Assembly (NCBI GenBank): GCA_964014485.1
Contig: CAXHAT010000135.1
Location: forward strand, 1-22,717
Origin: an uncultured Deferribacteres bacterium
GTDB lineage: Bacteria > Zhuqueibacterota > Zhuqueibacteria > Zhuqueibacterales > Geothermadaptataceae
DNA: 22,717 bases
Direction: 5' to 3'
The notes beneath the pieces were generated by a model that was not told the DNA's origin, made no database searches, and saw only the letters and a program-made list of their open reading frames with translations. A program made the translations under genes and the position numbers. How positions within the stretch are numbered: the stretch's first letter is position 1; each line of letters opens with the position of its first letter. Shown one piece after another: positions 6,615 to 15,900 of this stretch.

Positions 6615-8144
6615 TCAAAGCGTTCTACCGTTAAAGCTCTCTTCGTAGCCGTCTATGATCATGTACGGCAAGCGCTCTTTAGCGTACAAGCACTCTCTCC
6701 CCGTTTGTCGAACCGCGAGTACAGGTATTTTGGCGTGCTCGAGTTTTTTCACCATACGCGGCAGCAATTTGGCTGGAAACCCGCACGCATGGCGATAGCC
6801 CCGCCAACCTTTTATAACGTTCACGTCCAGCGCCGGCGCCAATTCCACGGCTTGCTTACCCAAAACTTCATAGTAGTTTCCGATTTGAATCAAACGGGCG
6901 TAGTTGCCATATTTCCATCCCAGCCAGCTTACTTGCCGTTTGAGCGTCGGCTGTTTGCGAAGACCGGCGTCGAATCGTTTCACTTTTTTGTTCGAAATCG
7001 AGAAATAGCGTTGCAGAAAAGCGTGTTTTTGCCAGAGCTTTTGGAGAAGATTGTCGCAATCAGCGTGTTGAAAATGCCCGAGATAAGCATTGATCGCCGC
7101 CGTCAGCGCATCGATTTCCTCGGAATCGAAACGGTACATCGTAAAGCTCCGCCGCAGTTGCACATTCCTGACGCGAAAAATCTTCAGCTTCGTCTTCAGA
7201 TTCCCAACCGTGCGCCGCCGCACCAGGCAATAATTCGGGCGAACGACAAATCCGCCAAAATCGACCCCGCCGGTAACAAGGCCGAGCTTTGTCGCTTTCG
7301 GGTTCAATTTCAATCGGAGTTTTTCAGCGAGAAACCGCCTGATTTCTTCCTGCCACGTTCTCAATTTCACAGCGTCACAATGCAGAAGAACCAGGTCATC
7401 GACATAGCGCAGATAAAAGCGGCATTTAAGATCGTGTTTCACGAACTGATCCAGCGCGTTGAGATAAACATTGGCGAAAAACTGGCTGGTGAGGTTGCCG
7501 ATGGGCAAGCCGCAATCGGGTCTGGCGTGAAACAGTGATTTATGCGGCGGCAAACGAAAACGCAAATTTTCCCGATCCTTCATTTCGTAATCCTGCGTGC
7601 AGTCGTGGAAAATGACGGTTTCGAGCAGCCATCGCAGATCGGGACGGTGATGCTTTTGCGCCAGCATTTCGAACAGGAGGCGCCGGTCGATGGTCATGAA
7701 GAAGTTGCGGATATCGAGTTTGAGGTAAAACGCGCGCTTCCGGCCGCCGTGCGTGACGCGTCGCTGCATTTTTTGTAATTGATCGACCGCCAAATGCGCG
7801 CCTTTTTCCGGGCGGCAGGCAAAGGAATGGAAGATAAAAGTCTTTTCCCAAATCGGAGAGATGTGATTATAGATCAGATGATGCACCACGCGATCTCTGA
7901 AATCCGCCGCGAAAATTTCACGGCATTTGGGCTTTTCCGTGTAGAAACAAATAGAAGCGGACGGCCGGTAACGGCGCTCCAGCAACTCCTCGGTGAGATC
8001 GACCAGGTTTTGCTCCAGATCGACCTCGAACGCCAGTGCGCTCAGCTTGTTGCGTTTGTTCGCGCGGCAATCGCGCCAGGCGCGGTACACTTGCTGAAAA
8101 TTGAAGAAGGGGTGATGATTTTCCTCAGCGAACTGCTCGAACAT
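6615..8144 (-). CDS. DGR reverse transcriptase with C-terminal MutS domain I-like extension (~509 aa)
   Basis: PKCREIFAADFRDRVVHH, KLDIRNFF, GLPIGNLTSQFFAN (DGR-type signature), YLRYVDD, GVDFGGF; likely ATG at 8144 inside the TR 3' end. Confidence 0.95.
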   Translation of the reverse strand: MFEQFAEENHHPFFNFQQVYRAWRDCRANKRNKLSALAFEVDLEQNLVDLTEELLERRYRPSASICFYTEKPKCREIFAADFRDRVVHHLIYNHISPIWEKTFIFHSFACRPEKGAHLAVDQLQKMQRRVTHGGRKRAFYLKLDIRNFFMTIDRRLLFEMLAQKHHRPDLRWLLETVIFHDCTQDYEMKDRENLRFRLPPHKSLFHARPDCGLPIGNLTSQFFANVYLNALDQFVKHDLKCRFYLRYVDDLVLLHCDAVKLRTWQEEIRRFLAEKLRLKLNPKATKLGLVTGGVDFGGFVVRPNYCLVRRRTVGNLKTKLKIFRVRNVQLRRSFTMYRFDSEEIDALTAAINAYLGHFQHADCDNLLQKLWQKHAFLQRYFSISNKKVKRFDAGLRKQPTLKRQVSWLGWKYGNYARLIQIGNYYEVLGKQAVELAPALDVNVIKGWRGYRHACGFPAKLLPRMVKKLEHAKIPVLAVRQTGRECLYAKERLPYMIIDGYEESFNGRTL

Positions 8145-8226
8145 AGTTGTTGTTGTTGTTGTCGATGTGGTTGTTGTTGCAATTGCCATTGTTGAAATTG
8201 ACAACCCACGCCGAAGAAGCAGTTTT
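8116..8226 (-). ncRNA. DGR template repeat (TR)
   Basis: Reads AAA ACT GCT TCT TCG GCG TGG GTT GTC AAT TTC AAC AAT GGC AAT TGC AAC AAC AAC CAC ATC GAC (AAC)5 TAT GTT CGA GCA GTT CGC TGA GGA AAA TCA; 12 AAY codons; lies between avd and RT. Confidence 0.95.
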
Positions 8227-8402
8227 GTCCCGATGCTTGTCGAGCGGCCGGCAGGCGTTTTTCGCCGCCCGCCAACCAGCCTAATTGCGAAGCCTCCACT
8301 TCTCTCGCAAGAGCTCAGGAGGGCGCTGAAACATGCCGTTGCTGCAAAGCTTGTTTGCGACAACGGCGACCGGGATGCACAATCATCGTATGAGCGCGCT
8401 CC

Positions 8403-8789
8403 TCACGCCGGGGGGCCGGTCATGAGCGATTCCGGCTTTTCCTTCTTCATTGCCGTTCCCAGCCATCCTTCATTTTGTCTGATAATTTCAATGACGAGAT
8501 TGACGCTGTGCTGGTAGGAGTTGGCATTCGGGAACGCCTTGAGATCGCGGCAGAGGCGAATCGTCAATTTCAATTCTTCCAGCGTGTTGCGGTTTTGCAA
8601 AAGCAGTAGGGTTTTATCATGCGCGTCATTTGCCTGACGAATGTTTTGCACCACTCGGCGCGAAAGCCGGCGCAAATCCTCGCCGAGACCGTACTTGTGG
8701 TAACGGCCAAAATTGCGCACCAGTTTCTCGAAGTACAGCGTCAGATCGTACGCCTTTTTATAAATGGGCAAATGTTCGTATCTCGCCAT
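8403..8789 (-). CDS. avd: DGR accessory variability determinant (Avd-like four-helix bundle)
   Basis: 128 aa, basic, HLPIYKKAYDL...F.RYHKYGLGEDLR...LEELKLTIRL...EI.RQ..GW; adjacent to TR and RT. Confidence 0.88.
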   Translation of the reverse strand: MARYEHLPIYKKAYDLTLYFEKLVRNFGRYHKYGLGEDLRRLSRRVVQNIRQANDAHDKTLLLLQNRNTLEELKLTIRLCRDLKAFPNANSYQHSVNLVIEIIRQNEGWLGTAMKKEKPESLMTGPPA

Positions 8790-8832
8790 AATTTAAATGA
8801 CCAAATAATTCAAATCGCCAAATAACCGAGCG

Positions 8833-8946
8833 TGATTGTCCTCAGCGAACTGCTCGAACAAAGACGTTGAAGACGTTGCTGACGACGTGGAAGTAGCTGC
8901 AAAAGCCACTGCTGAAAAGGACAACCCACGCCGAAGAAGCAGAGTA
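8833..8946 (-). repeat. DGR variable repeat VR-A
   Basis: Aligns to TR with one extra NNC codon; 22-24 mismatches depending on gap placement, all at TR adenines. Confidence 0.93.
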
Positions 8947-10638
8947 TTTATCCGCCGTCCATATCCAGCGCTGTTGAGCGCTGAAAATTTCATCAATAAA
9001 AAGACCGCCTGCGTTCTCTTTGGGCTCCATCAAGGACATCGCTTCTTCCAGCGTCGGCAGGCGCCAATCCCTGAATCCGGCGAATTGGATTTGATTGAGC
9101 GAGTCAATATACGCTTGCGCCTGAGCGTATGCCAAGCTCGTTGAGCCGCTTTGCTGCCAAGTCAGGCCGGTCGCCTCGTCTTGTACGATTTTGGCGCCGG
9201 AAATTTCGCGCGCAGTGAATCGATTGTCCAGGCCTTTGCCATTTGGATTATAACCGCGATCGTAAAAGCCGCGGCGTTTGATCATGGCTTCGGCTTCGGT
9301 GCGCGAGAGAAACGATGGTTTTAACCTGCTCAGATTCGTGCGCATCGCAAGCGAATCGCGTTGTTTTGCAGCGTCCAGGTCGAGCGGCAGGGGTAGCGCG
9401 TCTTCGGGCGGGTCTGTTTGCGCGGTTGCGGGGGGCTGCGGCGTCTCTTGCGGTGCGGCGCTGGCTTTATTGCTGGTATAAATCTCGCCGTCCTTCCCGG
9501 ATTGCGCCACCTGGAAGGTCGCGGGCGGTTCGCCGGGTTTGCGCGGCATGTCGTAACTGTTGACGCCGATCGCGACCAGCGGCTCTTCCCGGTTTTTATA
9601 GATCATCGTCACCGGATTGTCCGAAGCCAATTCCGGCGGCGGCCCCGTCCATTCCAGGCGTTCGATATTGTCACCAATCAAGGTTGCTTTCAAGTGAATG
9701 AGCGGTTCGCCGTCCAGGGCGTCGACGGACGGCGGCGGTTTGGGGTAAAATCGGAAGGTAAAGCGCTGGCGCTGCAAGTCTTCCGGCAGGCGCAGCATTT
9801 CCAGTTCGGCAATGTTGCCGGCGCCAAAGCGGTTGCGTCCCGGCGCCATGAACTGGGCGTAGCTTTTGACGTCGTAGTAAAAATTTCCCGCCCCGTCTTT
9901 CACGCGAAAGGCAAAAAAGTCCTCGCTAAAACGCGGATCCTCCGGCTTGATTTTCGGCAGATTGGCAATGCGCGCTTCAAATTCGAAAAAGGTGACGCCG
10001 GTTTCCTGATCGGTCACTCTCCGTGCAGGCAGGGGCAAATGTACGGGCTCGCCGTCGAGATTGAAAACGACGTCCACGGCAAGAGTATCGGCGGGAATTT
10101 GTGACGGACTGGCGGCTTTTCCCTTCAAAATGCGTTGGTCAGGCTCGCCTTCCACTGGTGAAACTTCGCCTTGCACAAGCGGAATTCTGGTGTCGAACTC
10201 AACCGTCAAGGTGTCGCTGAAGTTGCCGTCGAACCCGACCACAACTTTGTGCAGGCCGTCGGTGAGTTTTTGCGGGGTGAGAAATTCGGGATCGAGGGTG
10301 AAACGCCATAGCCAGGTTTCTTCGTCCAGTCTGGTCGGCGTTACGGGATCGAGCAGGCGTACGCCGTCGAATTCGAGTGAGAGCGGCTTGTTTTTGCGCG
10401 CGGCGTTGTTCAGGCACACCACCTGCAAGCCGGAATCGGGGCGTGTAATCGGCTTCAAAAGCGCAAAACGCGGCGGGTCTTCCGGGGCGGGCTTTTGGCA
10501 GATAAAAGGCAACACGCCTACCGCCAGGGCAGCCAGCGCGGGAATCGCGATTTTCCACCATTCAAGGCGATGTTTTTGGCGCTTATGCGCCGTTTCCTCT
10601 GGCGCTGGGCGCTTGTTTTTGGGTTTTCTTCGACTCAC
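8842..10638 (-). CDS. DGR target A: N-terminal membrane anchor, beta-rich middle region, Pro-rich linker, C-terminal DUF1566/CLec domain
   Basis: Basic N-terminus then WWKIAIPALAALAVGVLPFIC; DEATGLTWQQ, DWRLPTLEEAMSL, WIWTAD, VRAVR; GTG start. Confidence 0.85.
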   Translation of the reverse strand: MSRRKPKNKRPAPEETAHKRQKHRLEWWKIAIPALAALAVGVLPFICQKPAPEDPPRFALLKPITRPDSGLQVVCLNNAARKNKPLSLEFDGVRLLDPVTPTRLDEETWLWRFTLDPEFLTPQKLTDGLHKVVVGFDGNFSDTLTVEFDTRIPLVQGEVSPVEGEPDQRILKGKAASPSQIPADTLAVDVVFNLDGEPVHLPLPARRVTDQETGVTFFEFEARIANLPKIKPEDPRFSEDFFAFRVKDGAGNFYYDVKSYAQFMAPGRNRFGAGNIAELEMLRLPEDLQRQRFTFRFYPKPPPSVDALDGEPLIHLKATLIGDNIERLEWTGPPPELASDNPVTMIYKNREEPLVAIGVNSYDMPRKPGEPPATFQVAQSGKDGEIYTSNKASAAPQETPQPPATAQTDPPEDALPLPLDLDAAKQRDSLAMRTNLSRLKPSFLSRTEAEAMIKRRGFYDRGYNPNGKGLDNRFTAREISGAKIVQDEATGLTWQQSGSTSLAYAQAQAYIDSLNQIQFAGFRDWRLPTLEEAMSLMEPKENAGGLFIDEIFSAQQRWIWTADKYSASSAWVVLFSSGFCSYFHVVSNVFNVFVRAVR

Positions 10639-10644
10639 GTCATT

Positions 10645-10721
10645 CAGTATCCAGTGAGCAGTGAGCAGTGAGCAGTGAGCAGTGAGCAGTGAGCAGTATT
10701 CAGTTCACAGTTCACAGTTTA
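10645..10721. repeat. Heptamer tandem array (CAGTNNN)x11 including (CAGTGAG)x6
   Basis: cagtatc, cagtgag x6 (10652-10693), cagtatt, cagttca x2, cagttta. Confidence 0.92.
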
Positions 10722-10725
10722 CTAC

Positions 10726-11997
10726 TCAAGTCTTACGTTTTTTCTTACGTGCCGCCGGAAAGAGCACGTTGTTAAGAATCAGACGGTAGCCAGGCGAATT
10801 TTTGTGGAGAGAAAGCTGCGTCGGTGGGTCGTAGACGAAGTGGCGATAGTCTTCTGGATCGTGACCGCCGTAAAACGTGAATTGCCCGCGCCCAATGTTA
10901 CCGTGAATGTACTTGACTTCTTCCGTGCCCGGAATCTCGCCCAACATCGTCACGCTGTCCTTAATGAGTGAACGCCGGTACCCGGTCGTTTGCCCCATGA
11001 ATCCTTTCACAACGTTGACGTGATTCTGTGTCAGCATGGCCGGAACGGGATCGTACTTGGCGGAGAATTCGAACAAGGTAAAATAATCCGACGCTTCGTT
11101 GCGCGCCAAAGGTAGATGACTCGGCGGCATATCGATGTCGGAATATTCGTAAACCATTGGATTTTTCATCAATTCAAAATTTTCAAAAGCGAGGGTCCAG
11201 GAATAATCGAGCTTTTCCTGCGCGGTCGGGTCGGCGGGATCGCCGTCGTAGATCGTGTCAACCATGTCAACTTTCGCGGCGGCCAGGGCGATATCGAAAG
11301 AATCGGTGGCCGAGCACATGGCGAACAAAAAACCGCCGCCAACGGCGTAATCGCGGATGCGCAAAGCGACGGCACGCTTGAGTTCGCTCACCTTCGCGAA
11401 ACCCAGCTTTTTCGCCAGCGCTTCGTTTTTCGAAACTTCTTCCTGATACCAGGCGGTGTTGTGGTAGCTCGCGTAAAATTTGCCGTACTGGCCGGTGAAA
11501 TCTTCGTGGTGCAAGTGCAGCCAGTCGAAATTTTTCAGCCCGTCCTTGAGCACGTCTTCATCCCAGATTTTTTCGTACTCAATTTCCGCGTAGGTCAGCG
11601 CCATGGTCACGGCGTCATCCCAAACTTGCTTGTTTCCGGGCGTATAAACGGCGATTTTCGGCGCTTTTTCCAGCAGCACCAAGTCCATGTTGTTGGCTTC
11701 AATTTCCGCCTGAATTTGCGCTGCGTCGCTGCCGGAAATTTTGCTGAACGCCACGCCGCGCACGCGCAATTCGTTTTCAAGCTCCCGGTAGTGATCGATC
11801 ATGAACGAGCCGCCGCGATAATTCAGCAGCCAATCGACGCTCACCCCCTGCTTCAAAACCCAAAACGCAACGCCGTAGGCTTTGAGATGATCGGTTTGCT
11901 TCAAATCCATGTAAATCAAAACTTTATTCGCGAGCGCAGGGCCGGCAATCAACAGAAAGGCGATGGTTAGCAAAGTTGCTCTTGTTTTGTTCTTCAT
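10726..11997 (-). CDS. Conserved secreted protein of the family often labelled 'asparagine synthetase B' in Bacteroidota-like genomes (function unverified)
   Basis: Signal peptide MKNKTRATLLTIAFLLIAGPALA; HLKAYG, WLLNYRGGSF, DWLHLHHEDFTGQYGKF, GGHDPEDY, SPGYRLILNNVLFPAA. Confidence 0.75.
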   Translation of the reverse strand: MKNKTRATLLTIAFLLIAGPALANKVLIYMDLKQTDHLKAYGVAFWVLKQGVSVDWLLNYRGGSFMIDHYRELENELRVRGVAFSKISGSDAAQIQAEIEANNMDLVLLEKAPKIAVYTPGNKQVWDDAVTMALTYAEIEYEKIWDEDVLKDGLKNFDWLHLHHEDFTGQYGKFYASYHNTAWYQEEVSKNEALAKKLGFAKVSELKRAVALRIRDYAVGGGFLFAMCSATDSFDIALAAAKVDMVDTIYDGDPADPTAQEKLDYSWTLAFENFELMKNPMVYEYSDIDMPPSHLPLARNEASDYFTLFEFSAKYDPVPAMLTQNHVNVVKGFMGQTTGYRRSLIKDSVTMLGEIPGTEEVKYIHGNIGRGQFTFYGGHDPEDYRHFVYDPPTQLSLHKNSPGYRLILNNVLFPAARKKKRKT

Positions 11998-12004
11998 CCC
12001 GAGT

Positions 12005-12322
12005 TTACTCGTCATTGACGTCATGAATATTATTGGCGTTTTGGGCTTGTCTGAATCTTGAAACCGTCTCCATCGCTGCATCATCAAGAAACTCAGCCCC
12101 ACAATTCGTACAGGAAAATCTCTCCAAATTCGGCAAAATCGCACCATCATTGAGTTTGCATGGACCGCCAGTTCGCATCATTGTTTTTTCACCACATTCC
12201 GGGCACGTTAGTATGGACGGTAGATCTTGCCACCATGCATCGGCGGAAGACGACACTTCCCTAGGCTTGGTCCGTTGTGCACTTTTTTTATTCTGTAGAG
12301 CGCTTTGAGGAAATAATGACAT
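12005..12322 (-). CDS. YgiT/MqsA-type zinc-finger protein (antitoxin-like)
   Basis: CPECG...CTNCGAEFLDDAAM; overlaps the upstream toxin-like gene. Confidence 0.7.
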   Translation of the reverse strand: MSLFPQSALQNKKSAQRTKPREVSSSADAWWQDLPSILTCPECGEKTMMRTGGPCKLNDGAILPNLERFSCTNCGAEFLDDAAMETVSRFRQAQNANNIHDVNDE

Positions 12323-12596
12323 AGAAAACCTCTTGATTCATTTCTTTTTGAATCTTCCCTTTCGTATACACAGCCAGACCGTCGAAGGTCAAACCCTTGA
12401 TAACATAAAGCGTTTCTCGTTTATTTGTTTTAGGGTTTCGTGATCGAAGTTTTTTGAAAATCGACGGTGCGTTCAGAAGCGCTTCGTATACCATTTCTTT
12501 GGTTAAATGGTCAGCGGTCATTTCATTTTCGGCTTTCAAAGTAAAGACAACGCGGCGAGCGATTATAAGTCGTTTTATCCGTATAAATACATCCAT
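12288..12596 (-). CDS. DUF4258/RelE-MqsR-like putative toxin
   Basis: 102 aa basic; VVFTLKAENEM..D.LT...V.EALL...LYVIKG...YVIISSK; paired with zinc-finger gene. Confidence 0.6.
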   Translation of the reverse strand: MDVFIRIKRLIIARRVVFTLKAENEMTADHLTKEMVYEALLNAPSIFKKLRSRNPKTNKRETLYVIKGLTFDGLAVYTKGKIQKEMNQEVFYVIISSKRSTE

Positions 12597-12972
12597 TTCA
12601 CATGAGCTACGAATCGAAACAAAGCCAAACGTTCAAAACCCTTGCAACTAAAATAGTCGAGCGTCGGCAAAAACACAAGCAAACAAAAAAAGCGAAATCT
12701 CAACGACCTGAACCAACATGCAGCATTCCGGCAGTTTACGCCGCTACATTCACGGATCATTGCTCAATCTCATCGGGCAACAAGAATCGAGGCTAGTTTT
12801 GCACAAGGTCAGGAACTTCGTCGCGCCAAAAATGTATGACGGACGAACCGCTTTCCATTGCAACAATTACCCGCCGCCTTGACGATAAGTGTTTGCTCTG
12901 TTGATGGAATATTCTTTATATTCAGCGCCGTTCTTCTCAAGTAATCCCGGTATAAACGAACAACGCAGGTTC

Positions 12973-15900
12973 ATGCAATTTATGCGACCTATTTATTTCC
13001 TCGTTATCGCGCTTTTGCTCACGCTCTTTTGCAGCGATCTTTTTTCGCAAAAATCCGCCGTTTTACACACGGCGACCAGCGCTTCAAACCTGCGCCTTCA
13101 GCTCAAATTTAATTCTCCTGAGCTCGACACCCTTCTCATCGACAACCGCGCCTTTGTCTGCCCGAACCTCGTTTCAGAAAACGGACTTTATTTTCATCAG
13201 ATTGACGGCCTCCCGGTCGCCGGGACGGCGCTGGCCTTGCCGCACGCGAGTCAAAATCCGCGTCTCACCATCACCAATGAAAACTGGGAAAATATTCAGA
13301 CCTCGCTGCCGCTTGCTCCGCCTGCGCAAATTCAGCCGGACGGTGAGTTGACGTATTTTTCTTACCAGGCGCAAACAAGTGATCAAGCCGCGCCAAGTCC
13401 CGCGGTTTCTTTAGACCGCACCGCATGGTTCCGCAATCTCAAAGTCGCTCATCTGACCATTTCTCCGACCCGCCTGCAAAATAATCAACTCCAATATTTA
13501 AGGAGCGCCGAGGTCATTCTGCAATGGGAAAATACGGCGTCCGGAGCTTCGATTCAAAGCTTCGATGCAGGTCGTGAATTTAATGCCGGGCAAGACGATT
13601 TTGACTACGCACAATCCGTCTTGAATAAAAGCGACGCCACCCGATTTCTCAAGCCGCGCGCAAAACCGGCGGCCAAATCTGCAAATTTCGCCAACCGCGA
13701 TTTTTTGTTGGTTCAAGTGACGGAAAACGGCTGGTATCAAATTACCGGCGCGGACTTGACGGCGCAAAATATCAGTCTCTCGGGCTTGCAGTCCGACCAA
13801 ATTCGGATGTACAACAACGGCGGGCGCACGCTGCCGGAAAAGCCGTCTGATACACGGCCTGAAACGTTGATCGAAATTCCGATTTTGGTGAACGACGGCG
13901 GCGACGGCAGTTTCGATCCTGATGATACAATTCAGTTCTTCGGCGCGAGCGTGCATGATTGGGAATACTCGCAAACCGAGGCCAGATGGCGGCGTTTTAA
14001 CAATCCCTATACCAACGAGAACGTTTATTGGCTTTCCTGGGATGCTCAGGAAAGTGCGGCAAAACGATTGGCGGAAATTTCCATCGCGGCAAATGCCGGT
14101 CAGGCAAAAAGTGCGGGGTTGAATCTGCAAAAAATCGAGACCGACATTGTCAATCCCATCAATTCAGGTCGTGATTGGTACGGTCGCGAATTATCGCTCT
14201 CCGACGCCACGGCGAACTACTCTTTTAACCGAACTGCCGGGCAAGCGCTGCAAAACGGACGCATCTATTTACGTGTGGTTTCCAAGACCAGCGGCAGGCA
14301 TACCGTTTCTCTTGGCTGGAATCAAAACTCACTTAACACCTATAGTTTTTTCGGCTCGACCGGCGGCGATTACTTGGACATGAACGGCCAGACCTACACC
14401 GCCAATGTTCCCAACACACTCATTCAAGCCGAAAATACGCTGACCTTAAATTACAGCAATACGCTGCAAACCGGTTCGCTTTTTGTCGATTGGGTGGAGT
14501 TTATTGCGGAAGACGATTTGGCGGTTCAGGACGGTGAATTGACGTTTGCCGCTGCGCCAAGCTCCGGGATCGAAACTTGGCGAGTTACCGGAGCAGGTTC
14601 GGACGCCCGTATTTTTGAAATCTCAAATCCCGTTGCGCCGCGAACGCTCGCATTCACCCAACAAGGCGAGACGCTGATTTTTGCAGATTCGATGAACACA
14701 GCCACGCCTAAAAGGTATTTCATTGCTGATGTGCCGAAAGCGCCCGCGGCATTCGAGCGTTACACCACTTCAGACATTCGCGGCTCGTCAAACACAGCCG
14801 ATATGCTCGTGGTCACGCACAGCGATTTTCTGGACGAGGCCAATCGCTTTGCCGAGCACAAACGCTCAGTTCGCAATTTTGAAGTCGCTGTTGTTGACGT
14901 GAACGTTGTGATGAAGGAATTTGGCTGGGGGCTGATGGACCCGACCGCGATACGTGACTTTGTCGCCTATGCGTTTCACAATTGGCAAAAGCAGCCGCAG
15001 TATCTCGTGCTTTTCGGGGACGGCGTTTATGATTATCGCGGCATTGGGCGCGGCATAAACCAAAACTTTGTGCCGACATTTCAAACGACAGAGCTTGAAG
15101 AACTGGTCAATCGCAACCTTGAAGCCTACTACACTTACGTCAACGGCGACGATCGCGACATGGATTTGTCGATGGGTCGTATCCCGGCGCAAACGATTGA
15201 TGAGGCGCGAAATTTTGTCGACAAACTCATCGAATATGAAACGAAACCGGAATTCGGCTTTTGGCGCACGATTCTGACGATGGTCGCAGATGACGAACTC
15301 GTCACCGGCGGGCGGGACAACGGCGAAGTCATCCATACTAAGGACGCCGAAATTATCGCTGAACGACACACGCCGGATTACCTGAATCTTAGCAAAATTT
15401 ACCTGACCGAATACGAAGGCGTGCGCACAGCTTCGGTTTCCGGGGTTCGCAAGCCGCAAGCTCAACAAGCGCTGATCGACCGCATTAACAGCGGCACCCT
15501 GGTCTTGAATTATGTCGGGCACGGCAATTCAACGCAGTGGGCGCACGAAGTCGTTTTTGAGTTGGCGCAGGATTTCCCTTCGTTGCAAAATGATCGTAAG
15601 TACCCGTTCATCGTCGCAGCGACTTGCGATTTTGGCCGTTACGATAAATTGAATTCGCAGAGTTTTCCTGAAGAATTGCTTTTTGCGCGCGGTAAAGGGG
15701 CGGTTGGCTTGTTCACTTCGAGCCGCGTTGTTTACGCCCAACCAAACGCAACATTTAACAAAGCCTATTACGATATATTGTTCACAGAATCGCCGGGAAG
15801 TATTTCTATTGGCGAAGCGTTGATTTTGGCAAGGATGCAAACTCCGGCGGGATTTGTCGTCAACGATGAAAAATTCACCATTCTCGGCGATCCGTCTCTA

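Noticed and set aside
6612..7538. 308-aa plus-strand ORF and other long antisense ORFs (5814-6533, 9418-10104, 11116-11970)
   Set aside because: Shadow frames opposite well-supported genes
6615..8144. Group II intron, retron or CRISPR-associated RT
   Set aside because: GNLTSQ motif, avd, and A-specific TR/VR pairs identify a DGR; no cas genes or intron maturase/endonuclease features recognised
8145..8363. 73-aa N-terminal extension of the RT ORF with a poly-Thr run
   Set aside because: It is the TR and spacer read out of frame ((ACA)n gives Thr); RT-like sequence begins after 8144
10645..10721. CRISPR array
   Set aside because: 7-nt tandem units without spacers; no CRISPR-like repeat-spacer array seen in the window
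11998..12150. Upstream extension of the 474-aa ORF
   Set aside because: Overlaps the zinc-finger gene; the signal peptide starts at ATG 11997
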